A stretch of 24,147 bases of DNA from a virus. Taxonomy: Duplodnaviria; Caudoviricetes. The stretch is taken from IMG/VR virus record IMGVR_UViG_3300036794_000004, positions 1 through 24,147 of that record, one strand, 5' to 3'. The position numbers were made by a program, and so were the translations under genes. The notes under the pieces are model-generated. The model was not told where the DNA came from. It worked only from the letters and a program-made list of their open reading frames with translations, and did no database searches. Position 1 is the first letter of the stretch, and every line of letters starts with the position of its first letter. Below are positions 17,064 through 24,147 of the stretch, one piece after another.

Positions 17064-18733
17064 TGGGATACATACAATTCCCGATTGAAACTAATCCAAC
17101 AACGCTGCTTCAGCAGGTATATTCTTATCTGCAAAGTGTTATCCCTGGTTGGACGCCAGCCGAGGGTAATCTTGATGTTTGGCTAGCTGAGGCTATGTCT
17201 AGTGAAGCAGCGCAGACGGCTACTGTCGCCTCTAGTGTGCCAGATACTATAGTTGAATATCTAGGCAAAACACTTTTCAATGTACCCGGAATTGATGATG
17301 TATCAGCTAGTGGTGGAACAACATGGGTTGTTCAAGATACCGCTGGTTATACAATTCCATCGGGCACACAAGTAGGTGTCAGAGATGCTGATGGAAACCT
17401 ACAAGCATTTACAACTGTAAATACGGTTGTTATTCCAAATGGGCATAATTCTACAGGAGCTGGCGAAGTTGCGATTCTAGCAGTTAATCCCGGCAGTAGT
17501 GGAAACGGGTTATCTGGTAGTGTGCAACTTGTAGATATTTTAACTTTCGTTACAAGCGTTACACTTGTTGCGCCTACCGCTGGTGGACAGGATGCTGAAA
17601 CATCTGGTGACTATTTATCAAGATTTGTAGCTGATCTACAGCTTCTTAGTCCTACACCAATACTACCTCCCGATTTTGCTGTATTAGCTCTTAATGCTGG
17701 AACAGCAGCCTTTAGGGCCGTAGCACTAGATGGTTATAATCCTTATCATAACTATCTAAATGCTAATGATAGTTCGTTTGAAACTTCTGTTGCGGGATGG
17801 GCTGTAAGCGTTAACTGTACCTTAGCCGATTCTTCTACAACAGCATTGGACGGAACTAAATCTATGAGTATGACAAGTGTAGCATCTGGAACAATGTCTG
17901 CTATAGTGGTAGACGCTGATAAACAAGCTGTTAATCCGGGTGATACATGGATTAGTGGGGCATTCTTCAAATCAGCTGCATCTGCTAGAACAGTAGAAAC
18001 TGCAATAAACTGGTACACATCTGGAGATGCTTTCATAGGTGCAGTTGGGGGTGCTGGTGTAGTAAATACTACTACAGGATGGACAGAAGCCTTTTGTGTT
18101 GCGGTAGCACCTCCCACAGCTGCTTATGCTCGTATTCAAGTTACAGTGGTGGGTACTGGCGGTGCTAGTGAAATCCATTACGTTGATGAAGCTTATTTAC
18201 GACGCAATAATATCAATGGTAACTGGAGTATTGGTGGAACACCTGAGAATAATAATCCTCGTGAAGTTACAGTAGTAGCTGTAGATTCTTCAGGAGCTAA
18301 TCTTAGTTCAGGTGACAAAACTACTATTACGACTTATCTTAATTCGTTACGAGAGGCTAACTGGATTACGAATGCGATTGATCCAATTAGAACATCGGTG
18401 GACGTTACAGTCCAAGTTAAGGTAACAACTGGTTCCGATCCTACCATAACTCAAACAGCGGTTGTAGCTGCTATAACAAATTATTTATCTGCTGTTAACT
18501 GGGGATTAAATGTTGTTGCGGATGGATCAACAGATATCCATTCTTGGACAAATCAGGTTGTGATCTATCGTTATAAGTTGGCCCAAATAATCGAGGAAGT
18601 CGATGGTGTAGATCACATAGTTGGTAATTTGACTACAGCTATTCATGGTAATTCACTTGCTGAACAAGATTTGGCTATTAGTGGTCCTGTTGGATTACCC
18701 GCTGTTGGAACTATCACGGTGACTACATCATGA
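17063..18733 (+). CDS. Baseplate J-like wedge protein with inserted CBM-like domain
   Basis: J motifs 'YTIPSGTQV...F.T......IP', 'A.NPGSSGNG', 'GGQDAET...YLSR', 'VTVVAVD' and 'IEEVDGVDHI'. Insert spans about 17744-18235. Confidence 0.9.
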   Translation: MGYIQFPIETNPTTLLQQVYSYLQSVIPGWTPAEGNLDVWLAEAMSSEAAQTATVASSVPDTIVEYLGKTLFNVPGIDDVSASGGTTWVVQDTAGYTIPSGTQVGVRDADGNLQAFTTVNTVVIPNGHNSTGAGEVAILAVNPGSSGNGLSGSVQLVDILTFVTSVTLVAPTAGGQDAETSGDYLSRFVADLQLLSPTPILPPDFAVLALNAGTAAFRAVALDGYNPYHNYLNANDSSFETSVAGWAVSVNCTLADSSTTALDGTKSMSMTSVASGTMSAIVVDADKQAVNPGDTWISGAFFKSAASARTVETAINWYTSGDAFIGAVGGAGVVNTTTGWTEAFCVAVAPPTAAYARIQVTVVGTGGASEIHYVDEAYLRRNNINGNWSIGGTPENNNPREVTVVAVDSSGANLSSGDKTTITTYLNSLREANWITNAIDPIRTSVDVTVQVKVTTGSDPTITQTAVVAAITNYLSAVNWGLNVVADGSTDIHSWTNQVVIYRYKLAQIIEEVDGVDHIVGNLTTAIHGNSLAEQDLAISGPVGLPAVGTITVTTS

Positions 18734-19857
18734 GTATGAGTGATAGAGTACAAGCTGCTATGCAGCCAGTGATTAGCGAGGATTTAGCTAATTATATCAT
18801 AGGACTTTGTCAGCCGTTTATACAGGTTGAATCACTAGCTCGTGATGACGATGACGGTAATCCTGGTTGGTCAATCATACTAGACCTCGATAGGTGTCCT
18901 GTGGAGGGTTTGCCTTGGCTAGCGCAGCTCAATGGGACTGTACTTAATACGTCACTTAGTGAGTCTGACCAACGCGCTCAAATACTTGCAGCAGTTGGAC
19001 AAAAACGTGGTAGACCAGCTACTATAGCAGCAGCTATAGCACCTTATCTATCTGGGACTAAAACCGTTATAATGAAGGAGCGCGATCCAATCGCGTGCCC
19101 TACAATTCCTGCTTATGGATTAAGTGTTTATACTTATAGAGATGAAACAAATCCAACGGATCTTGATACAACAAATCTTTGTGACAATGGTGGATTTGAA
19201 ATTAATAGCACGAAATGGACTTATGTAGGAGCTGCTGGTGGTTCAATAGTTCGTGATAATCATAATCAAAAATTTGGAAGTATAGCATTAGCACTTATTA
19301 CCGCTGGTGGTATTAATGATTCTGCTTCATACGATTCAACCACCAATGATTACAATCCTGGTGATGTAGTTACGGTTTCAGCCTATATAAAATCTAGTTC
19401 ACCAGGACTATTACAAAATTTACAAACGAATGAATTAGACGTTTCAGGAGCACAATTGAGATTCACAAGTTGGCCCAATGTTGTTACAACTGGTGATTGG
19501 CAACGCATGACAGCTACTATGACATTGGGTGCTAGTACTAGACGCTTACAATTATATATTACAGAAGGTGCTGTACAAAGTATTCATACTTTATGGATTG
19601 ATGGAGTACAAATGGAAAAGAATCCAGTTGCTACTCCATATGTAGATACAAATGGAACAATTGCTTCTAGAGCACTTGCGACTGGTCCGTTAGGCGCTGC
19701 TTTAAGAGCTGCTAAACCGGCTGGCATAATATTAAATTATAATGCTGTTGATCGTGGAACTTATGCCTCACTGCTTGCTAGTGAGGCTTCTTATAGCCAC
19801 ATACTTGCAGACTATAAGACCTATGAAGGTGTTCTAACCGGAACGTTAGGAGCATAG
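18730..19857 (+). CDS. Baseplate / tail protein I-like (P2 gpI-like) with inserted CBM-like domain
   Basis: 'LDLDRCPVEGLPWLAQLNG...QRAQI......RG.PATIAAAI' and 'AAKPAGIILNY' motifs. Insert spans about 19165-19680. Confidence 0.85.
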   Translation: MSMSDRVQAAMQPVISEDLANYIIGLCQPFIQVESLARDDDDGNPGWSIILDLDRCPVEGLPWLAQLNGTVLNTSLSESDQRAQILAAVGQKRGRPATIAAAIAPYLSGTKTVIMKERDPIACPTIPAYGLSVYTYRDETNPTDLDTTNLCDNGGFEINSTKWTYVGAAGGSIVRDNHNQKFGSIALALITAGGINDSASYDSTTNDYNPGDVVTVSAYIKSSSPGLLQNLQTNELDVSGAQLRFTSWPNVVTTGDWQRMTATMTLGASTRRLQLYITEGAVQSIHTLWIDGVQMEKNPVATPYVDTNGTIASRALATGPLGAALRAAKPAGIILNYNAVDRGTYASLLASEASYSHILADYKTYEGVLTGTLGA

Positions 19858-20739
19858 ATGGCACATATTACTAGTACGCGCAGGGGTATCTCGTACGCAG
19901 ACCCTAGTACCAAAACAGATGCTCCTGACGTTACATCGGATATAGCTTTAATAGTTGCTGCTCTTGATCTAGATGTTGTTTGGCTAACGCCAGGTGTAGC
20001 ATCAGCCCGTCCTGCAACACCTGTGGCGGGATCAGTATACTGGGCGACTGATACAACAACTTTAAGTCTTTATACTGGTGCTACAGTTGGTTGGATAACA
20101 CTTTATCCTCAGGCACCTACTAATCCTGGTATACCAATAGGTATGACAATCGAATGGGATTATCTACCTACTGATGCTTCTGTAAGTGCTAACTACTTAG
20201 AAGCTTTTGGGCAAGCTCTAAGCAGATCAACTTATGTAGCATTGAATCTTTTAGCTAGCAATGCTGGTTATCCACACGGTGACGGTAATGGAACAACCAC
20301 ATTTAATGTAGCTGATAAACGTGGCCGTGTTACTGCTGGTAAAGATAATATGGGTGGCTCAGCTGCTAACCGCATTACATCAGCAGTTTCAGGATTTGCT
20401 GGTACTACATTAGGAATAGCCGGTGGTGCGGAAGGTGTATCAATAACAACTGCTCAGATGCCAGTTCACAATCACACTGTGAGTGGTACGCCTGGTATGA
20501 TTGATCCTGCTCATATACACACGTTTAGAGCACAGGCTGGTAGTGGTTCAGATGGGACAGTAAGTTCTACAGAAGCAGATCTTAATAGTTTTGCTGATAC
20601 TAATGATGCAGTTCTTAGCAATACTACAGGTATTACATTAAGTGTAGGTTCACTTACAACTGCCAACCAAGGTAGTGGTTCTGCACATTTGAATACGCAA
20701 CCCACTATCATTGCCAATAAACTATTGAGGGTGTTATAA
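19858..20739 (+). CDS. Tail fibre protein with tail-collar domain
   Basis: 'IPIGMTIEW...YLEAFGQALSRSTY..L......GDGNGTTTFNVADKRGRV.AG...GGAE.V.IT.AQMPVHNH...HIH...AH.N.QP.I..N.L.R' is the collar / short-fibre signature. Confidence 0.88.
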   Translation: MAHITSTRRGISYADPSTKTDAPDVTSDIALIVAALDLDVVWLTPGVASARPATPVAGSVYWATDTTTLSLYTGATVGWITLYPQAPTNPGIPIGMTIEWDYLPTDASVSANYLEAFGQALSRSTYVALNLLASNAGYPHGDGNGTTTFNVADKRGRVTAGKDNMGGSAANRITSAVSGFAGTTLGIAGGAEGVSITTAQMPVHNHTVSGTPGMIDPAHIHTFRAQAGSGSDGTVSSTEADLNSFADTNDAVLSNTTGITLSVGSLTTANQGSGSAHLNTQPTIIANKLLRVL

Positions 20740-20994
20740 ATGAATGTACAAAGAAATTCAGATGTAGATGCCTACAATGCTCGTATTGAGGATATTAATA
20801 CACAACATCAGGCAGTTTTGGATTCTATAACCCCTCCACAGACGTACTCGGTTCTACAGAACACGTCAGATCAGCCCGAAACATTTGATAATGGTGTAAT
20901 TTGTATGCCTGGAGATTATTACATTGAGGGGGATAATCCCCAAGTTATAGCTGCTGACGAATTTAGTTCAAAATATACCGAGGTTACTAGTTAG
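20740..20994 (+). CDS. Small hypothetical protein (possible fibre assembly factor)
   Basis: 84 aa ORF starting immediately after the fibre stop. Confidence 0.6.
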   Translation: MNVQRNSDVDAYNARIEDINTQHQAVLDSITPPQTYSVLQNTSDQPETFDNGVICMPGDYYIEGDNPQVIAADEFSSKYTEVTS

Positions 20995-20997
20995 CTA

Positions 20998-21279
20998 ATG
21001 CTTGCACCACGTTTTCAGCCATTTGAGAAGTTACGCCGGATTTGGACACCCGATCGAGAGATTGAAGAATTTAAAGCTAATCTCAATCCGGGTAGCGCGC
21101 TAGACAGTGAGATACGAGATTATTTCTGTCGTATCGTAGCTGATCAGGGAGTAGTAAATCTTGATATAACTGATCCATTAGATCCATCTGATGATATAAG
21201 ATGGGAAATTGTACATACTCCCGAAGGTAGGCGCCTAATATCCATTTGGTACATCAAAGGAGAGAGAAATGGCGAGTAA
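20998..21279 (+). CDS. Hypothetical protein
   Basis: 93 aa ORF tightly packed in the operon. No recognisable motif. Confidence 0.6.
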   Translation: MLAPRFQPFEKLRRIWTPDREIEEFKANLNPGSALDSEIRDYFCRIVADQGVVNLDITDPLDPSDDIRWEIVHTPEGRRLISIWYIKGERNGE

Positions 21280-21898
21280 TAAACTTAAAGGTATTAGTCA
21301 TAAAATTAATTATGTTGATATATCAGGTATGATGTCGAAGGTTTCTCATGGAACACAAACCAAGACTTTAATGGTTCTTCATGAAACGGTTTCACCTGAT
21401 ATAAAAGGAATAGCCGATATGCAAGCTAATGAGAATTATCTTGTTAGTATTGGTTATGGTATTCATGGATTAACCGATGCCGAAGGTAATATGGCATGGG
21501 CATATGGATGTGGAAATGATATTTTCTGGCAGTGTGGTGGAGTTAATGAAATTTCAGATGGTATAGAACAGGTATCACCTATTCCAACATATGTTGCGGA
21601 TAAAACTATGACAATTGCTCAGGCAAAAAAGGCGTGGGCAAATCGTGAAGTTCAACTTCATGCTACAGCGCAATTAGTTGCGGCCTGGCATTTGTCAGAT
21701 GTTAAAAATCATATTTTGGAGTATGTGCCTGGTGATGGTAAGCATAAGGGAGTAACTACTCATTGGGACGTGTCCCAATTCTTTGCTGCTAGCGAGGGAC
21801 ACACAGATTGTCACCCGGTGCCGCATGGGGGGTATTACCCAATCATTGAGGTGGTTGACTTGGCTAAGAATTACGCTCAGCTCGGATATCACTTCTAA
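21269..21898 (+). CDS. Endolysin, N-acetylmuramoyl-L-alanine amidase (Amidase_2-like)
   Basis: Zn-amidase motifs 'MVLHETVS', 'N..SDGIEQ', 'VTTHWDVS' and 'GHTDC'. AGGAGAGAG RBS, and followed by membrane protein genes. Confidence 0.8.
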   Translation: MASNKLKGISHKINYVDISGMMSKVSHGTQTKTLMVLHETVSPDIKGIADMQANENYLVSIGYGIHGLTDAEGNMAWAYGCGNDIFWQCGGVNEISDGIEQVSPIPTYVADKTMTIAQAKKAWANREVQLHATAQLVAAWHLSDVKNHILEYVPGDGKHKGVTTHWDVSQFFAASEGHTDCHPVPHGGYYPIIEVVDLAKNYAQLGYHF

Positions 21899-21910
21899 AA
21901 ATGAGAAAGA

Positions 21911-22105
21911 ATGAGGGACGCCAAACAGGGTCAAGAGAAGTGGCAATTAAGCAAGGAGAAGATCCTTTTCGTTCTAGGAATAGTACTTATCTTATACGAA
22001 GGGATTTTCGCTGGTTTTTTTCATCAAGAGTTTCATTTCGAAGTTTTATTGACGGGACTGGCATTGTGCGGAGTGTCCGTAGCACAGTGGTGGGACAATC
22101 TGTGA
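21911..22105 (+). CDS. Holin-like small membrane protein (2 TM)
   Basis: Two hydrophobic stretches (ILFVLGIVLILYEGIFAGFF and VLLTGLALCGVSVA). Lies directly after the endolysin. Confidence 0.65.
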   Translation: MRDAKQGQEKWQLSKEKILFVLGIVLILYEGIFAGFFHQEFHFEVLLTGLALCGVSVAQWWDNL

Positions 22106-22206
22106 GAGAATGGGCACATAATAACGCTTATACTCTTATCTTTTTGTCTGTCATGTTTATTATTACATGGCTAATCCTAATTATAGGACTTTTATGCCAA
22201 ATGTGA
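22102..22206 (+). CDS. 34-aa single-TM microprotein (re-called start)
   Basis: GTG 22102 overlaps the upstream TGA (GTGA). Sequence MREWAHNNAYTLIFLSVMFIITWLILIIGLLCQM*. Its TGA overlaps the next in-frame GTG at 22203. Confidence 0.55.
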   Translation: MREWAHNNAYTLIFLSVMFIITWLILIIGLLCQM

Positions 22207-22580
22207 ATAAGGATAGTTGGGATGCTATACATTGGGGTAGAATAGCTTTACAAGTTTGGATTATTGTTTTTACTGCTGCTGTGATTTATCTTATAAGTTC
22301 TACACGTAATGAAAGTCGTGCTAGAACAAAAGATAATAGTGAAACAATTGCTCAAATTCAAAAGTCAAGATTAGATTCATGTAGAGATCAAAATAAGCGA
22401 CACGATAAAACCCTTGAATTTCTACAGGGCGTTGCTAATAGTGAAGTAAAAGCAAAGAAGCTCACAAGAAAGCAAGCTGACGCTTCGCTGAAACTCTACT
22501 ACATCTTGATTGGTGATTTAGCACCTATGCAAAATTGTATACAACTAATTAAACTCCATCCGATTACAACAGGAGAGTAA
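22203..22580 (+). CDS. Single-TM lysis-cassette protein with helical ectodomain and two Cys
   Basis: The ORF track start is 22167, but GTG 22203 (GTGA coupling) is in frame and preferred. TM segment 'IALQVWIIVFTAAVIYLI' is followed by a coiled-coil-like region with 'SC' and 'NC'. Confidence 0.65.
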   Translation: MNKDSWDAIHWGRIALQVWIIVFTAAVIYLISSTRNESRARTKDNSETIAQIQKSRLDSCRDQNKRHDKTLEFLQGVANSEVKAKKLTRKQADASLKLYYILIGDLAPMQNCIQLIKLHPITTGE

Positions 22581-22581
22581 A

Positions 22582-23334
22582 TTGCTTAAAACTGGTAAGC
22601 TAGCACCCGTACATGGACCTAAGCAATTACGCTTTGGTGATTTCATTAAATCGAAAGATGATCTCGTTGCGGCACCTGTGGGATTTTCCCATAGTAAGTT
22701 AGTTTCTGAATGGGGTATGCTTGGTAATGATCAGTTAGGTGATTGCTATTGGGCGGGTTCGGATCACGAAACAATGCTATGGACGGCAATAGCTGGCAAC
22801 CAGGCACAATTTACCCCTCCACAGACTATCAGTGATTATGCTGCTGGAGCTGGATATGATCCCAATGATCCGAGTACAGATAGGGGTACTGTTTGTACTC
22901 AGGGTTATGATTACAGACGAAATGTAGGTGTTGTTGATCTAGCAGGAAATCGTCATAAGATTGGTTCTTACGTTCTACTAGAACGTGGTAATTGGGATCA
23001 ACTACTCCAGTCAATGTATACGTTTGATGTAACTGGTGTAGGAATCGAATTTCCTGCTATTGCTATGCAGCAGTTTCAAAATGGTGAGCCTTGGGACGTA
23101 GTAGAAGACGATGGTGGAGTCGATGGTGGACACTACATCGTAGCTGTTGAACATTTAAGTGATGACACTATTGGTGTTGTTACGTGGGGTAAAATCCAGG
23201 TCATGACTAGAGCTTTCTATGAGAAGTACAATGATGAATCATACGGCATAGAAAGTCTTGAAAGTTTAATCAATGGCAAAACTGCCGAGGGCTTCGACTA
23301 TGCTGCTTTGCAGTCTGCAATAGCAGCTCTATAA
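22582..23334 (+). CDS. Papain-fold cysteine peptidase-like protein
   Basis: 'WGMLGNDQLGDCYWAG' (candidate catalytic Cys), 'GGHYIVAV' (His) and 'VVTWG' in the place of NSWG. AGGAGAG RBS with TTG start. Confidence 0.7.
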   Translation: MLKTGKLAPVHGPKQLRFGDFIKSKDDLVAAPVGFSHSKLVSEWGMLGNDQLGDCYWAGSDHETMLWTAIAGNQAQFTPPQTISDYAAGAGYDPNDPSTDRGTVCTQGYDYRRNVGVVDLAGNRHKIGSYVLLERGNWDQLLQSMYTFDVTGVGIEFPAIAMQQFQNGEPWDVVEDDGGVDGGHYIVAVEHLSDDTIGVVTWGKIQVMTRAFYEKYNDESYGIESLESLINGKTAEGFDYAALQSAIAAL

Positions 23335-23344
23335 AGGAGAGACT

Positions 23345-23590
23345 GTGCTTACTTCACTTACAAATAGTGCTACTACTATCTGTGCCACGATTTTGCTCGC
23401 GTTAATAGTTGCGGGACTATTCGTGCTTGCTTGGCACGGGACTATTACAGGCGGTGACGCAATTGGTATCGTAGGCGGTATCGTAGCAGCGTTACTAGGG
23501 ATGCTCGGTGTTCATACTGGAGTATCCGCTGCTGCTACCGCTTTAAATACGTCAACAACGCCTGTATCTAAGACTACTACAACAGTTTAA
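23345..23590 (+). CDS. Holin-like membrane protein (2 TM)
   Basis: 81 aa with two long hydrophobic helices separated by 'HGTITGGD'. AGGAGAG RBS. Confidence 0.65.
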   Translation: MLTSLTNSATTICATILLALIVAGLFVLAWHGTITGGDAIGIVGGIVAALLGMLGVHTGVSAAATALNTSTTPVSKTTTTV

Positions 23591-23594
23591 AAAT

Positions 23595-23647
23595 TCGGGG
23601 GTCTTGCTGATTCGCCTGTACTCTCTCCCAGGCAGCAAGACCCCCGA
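23595..23647. terminator. Intergenic hairpin 2 at end of late operon (probable terminator)
   Basis: Perfect 15-bp stem TCGGGGGTCTTGCTG (23595-23609) / CAGCAAGACCCCCGA (23633-23647), inner CCTG/CAGG stem, loop TACTCTCTCC. The upstream A-run gives a U-tract in the - direction. Confidence 0.75.
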
Positions 23648-23676
23648 TGCTCCCTCTACTTACGAGGAAGAATTAA

Positions 23677-23985
23677 ATGGCTGATAAATGTTTTATGGTA
23701 GATAAAGTTATGGATGCCTTTGAAGAAGGTGGTGAAGAACGCGTTGGCGCTATGATGTGGAGAACTCATGATCTAAAAGAATATGATAAAAATCCTAGAC
23801 CATTCCCACACTTAGGAGTAATGACAAAAGCAGGTTTAATTTGTCTTGATTGTCCTGAGACTGATTCTCCACACAATTATTGGACTAGAACTGGTGAACC
23901 ACCAAATATAACTGTTACTCCTAGTCTAAATGTAAATAAAGAACAATGGCACGGTTTCCTTACGAATGGAGTTCTGAATCCTTAA
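23677..23985 (+). CDS. Small Cys/His protein, DUF6527-like
   Basis: 'WTRTGEPPNITVTPSLNV...WHGFLTNGVL' C-terminal motif and CLDC. GAGGAAG RBS. Confidence 0.6.
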   Translation: MADKCFMVDKVMDAFEEGGEERVGAMMWRTHDLKEYDKNPRPFPHLGVMTKAGLICLDCPETDSPHNYWTRTGEPPNITVTPSLNVNKEQWHGFLTNGVLNP

Positions 23986-24147
23986 ATGGATCTTTTTCTA
24001 GAAGCATAGCAAAATCTTTTACACCTTCCACTAGCTCGTAACCAGCTCCGAACGTGAGCCATTGTAGTAAATGTCTGCTGGCATCCATGCCATGCGGTAC
24101 GCCACGTTTGTAGAGCCCTTGTTTCTTTAGTATATCATCAGTATAGT
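23960..24147 (-). CDS. C-terminal fragment of RuvC-like Holliday junction resolvase (truncated by window end, not in ORF track)
   Basis: The minus strand reads ...YTDDILKKQGLYKRGVPHGMDASRHLLQWLTFGAGYELVEGVKDFAMLLEKDPFKDSELHS* (stop 23962-23960). 'H-x-x-D-A-x-R-H' resembles the last acidic motif of phage RuvC-like nucleases. Confidence 0.6.
   Translation of the reverse strand, partial: YTDDILKKQGLYKRGVPHGMDASRHLLQWLTFGAGYELVEGVKDFAMLLEKDPFKDSELHS

Noticed and set aside
8869-20739. Extracellular contractile injection system or tailocin
   Set aside because: Capsid, cement, scaffold and head-tail adaptor genes are in the same operon, so this is a phage morphogenesis region.
21901-22206. 101-aa ORF as called in the track
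   Set aside because: Its first two-thirds overlap the better holin-like ORF 21911-22105. Only the part from GTG 22102 looks like a real gene.
110-23014. Numerous short alternative-frame and antisense ORFs in the track (e.g. 110-340, 437-775, 909-1145, 9658-10113, 17752-18117)
   Set aside because: They lie essentially within well-supported + strand genes, lack RBS or motifs, and are expected shadows of biased codon usage.
1-24147. Stop-codon reassignment, introns/inteins, tRNAs, sigma70 promoters
   Set aside because: Genes tile densely under the standard code with all three stops used. No interrupted core gene, intein motif, cloverleaf or convincing -35/-10 pair was found by eye.

Overview
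The window is almost entirely the late (morphogenesis and lysis) operon of a contractile-tailed dsDNA phage or prophage, with a Mu/P2-like head-tail-baseplate layout, roughly 41-43% GC by eye and the standard genetic code. On the + strand the order is: truncated scaffold/protease C-terminus, capsid cement protein, major capsid protein, an unusual ~4.3 kb cassette of probable virion-appendage genes (including a protein with ~12 x 21-aa repeats), head-tail adaptor, tail completion and terminator proteins, a small fibre-like protein, sheath, tube, a tail assembly chaperone pair with a GGGGGAA -1 frameshift site, tape measure, LysM protein, a baseplate hub carrying two predicted peptidoglycan hydrolase domains, a short spike, wedge, J- and I-like baseplate proteins each with an inserted CBM-like domain, and a collar-domain tail fibre. 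A lysis cassette follows (amidase, several small membrane proteins, a papain-like cysteine peptidase), and the window ends with a convergent RuvC-like gene fragment on the - strand. Several domains look actinobacterial or monoderm-host-like, which is an inference. The most notable observations are two intergenic hairpins 21 kb apart with unrelated stems but the same loop-region motif GTACTCTCTCC (complementary to the GGAGAG(AG) ribosome-binding sites of several genes), the repeat-protein appendage cassette, and two translationally coupled micro-ORFs plus one truncated minus-strand ORF that are absent from the ORF track. All family assignments come from motif recognition and synteny, not from database searches.
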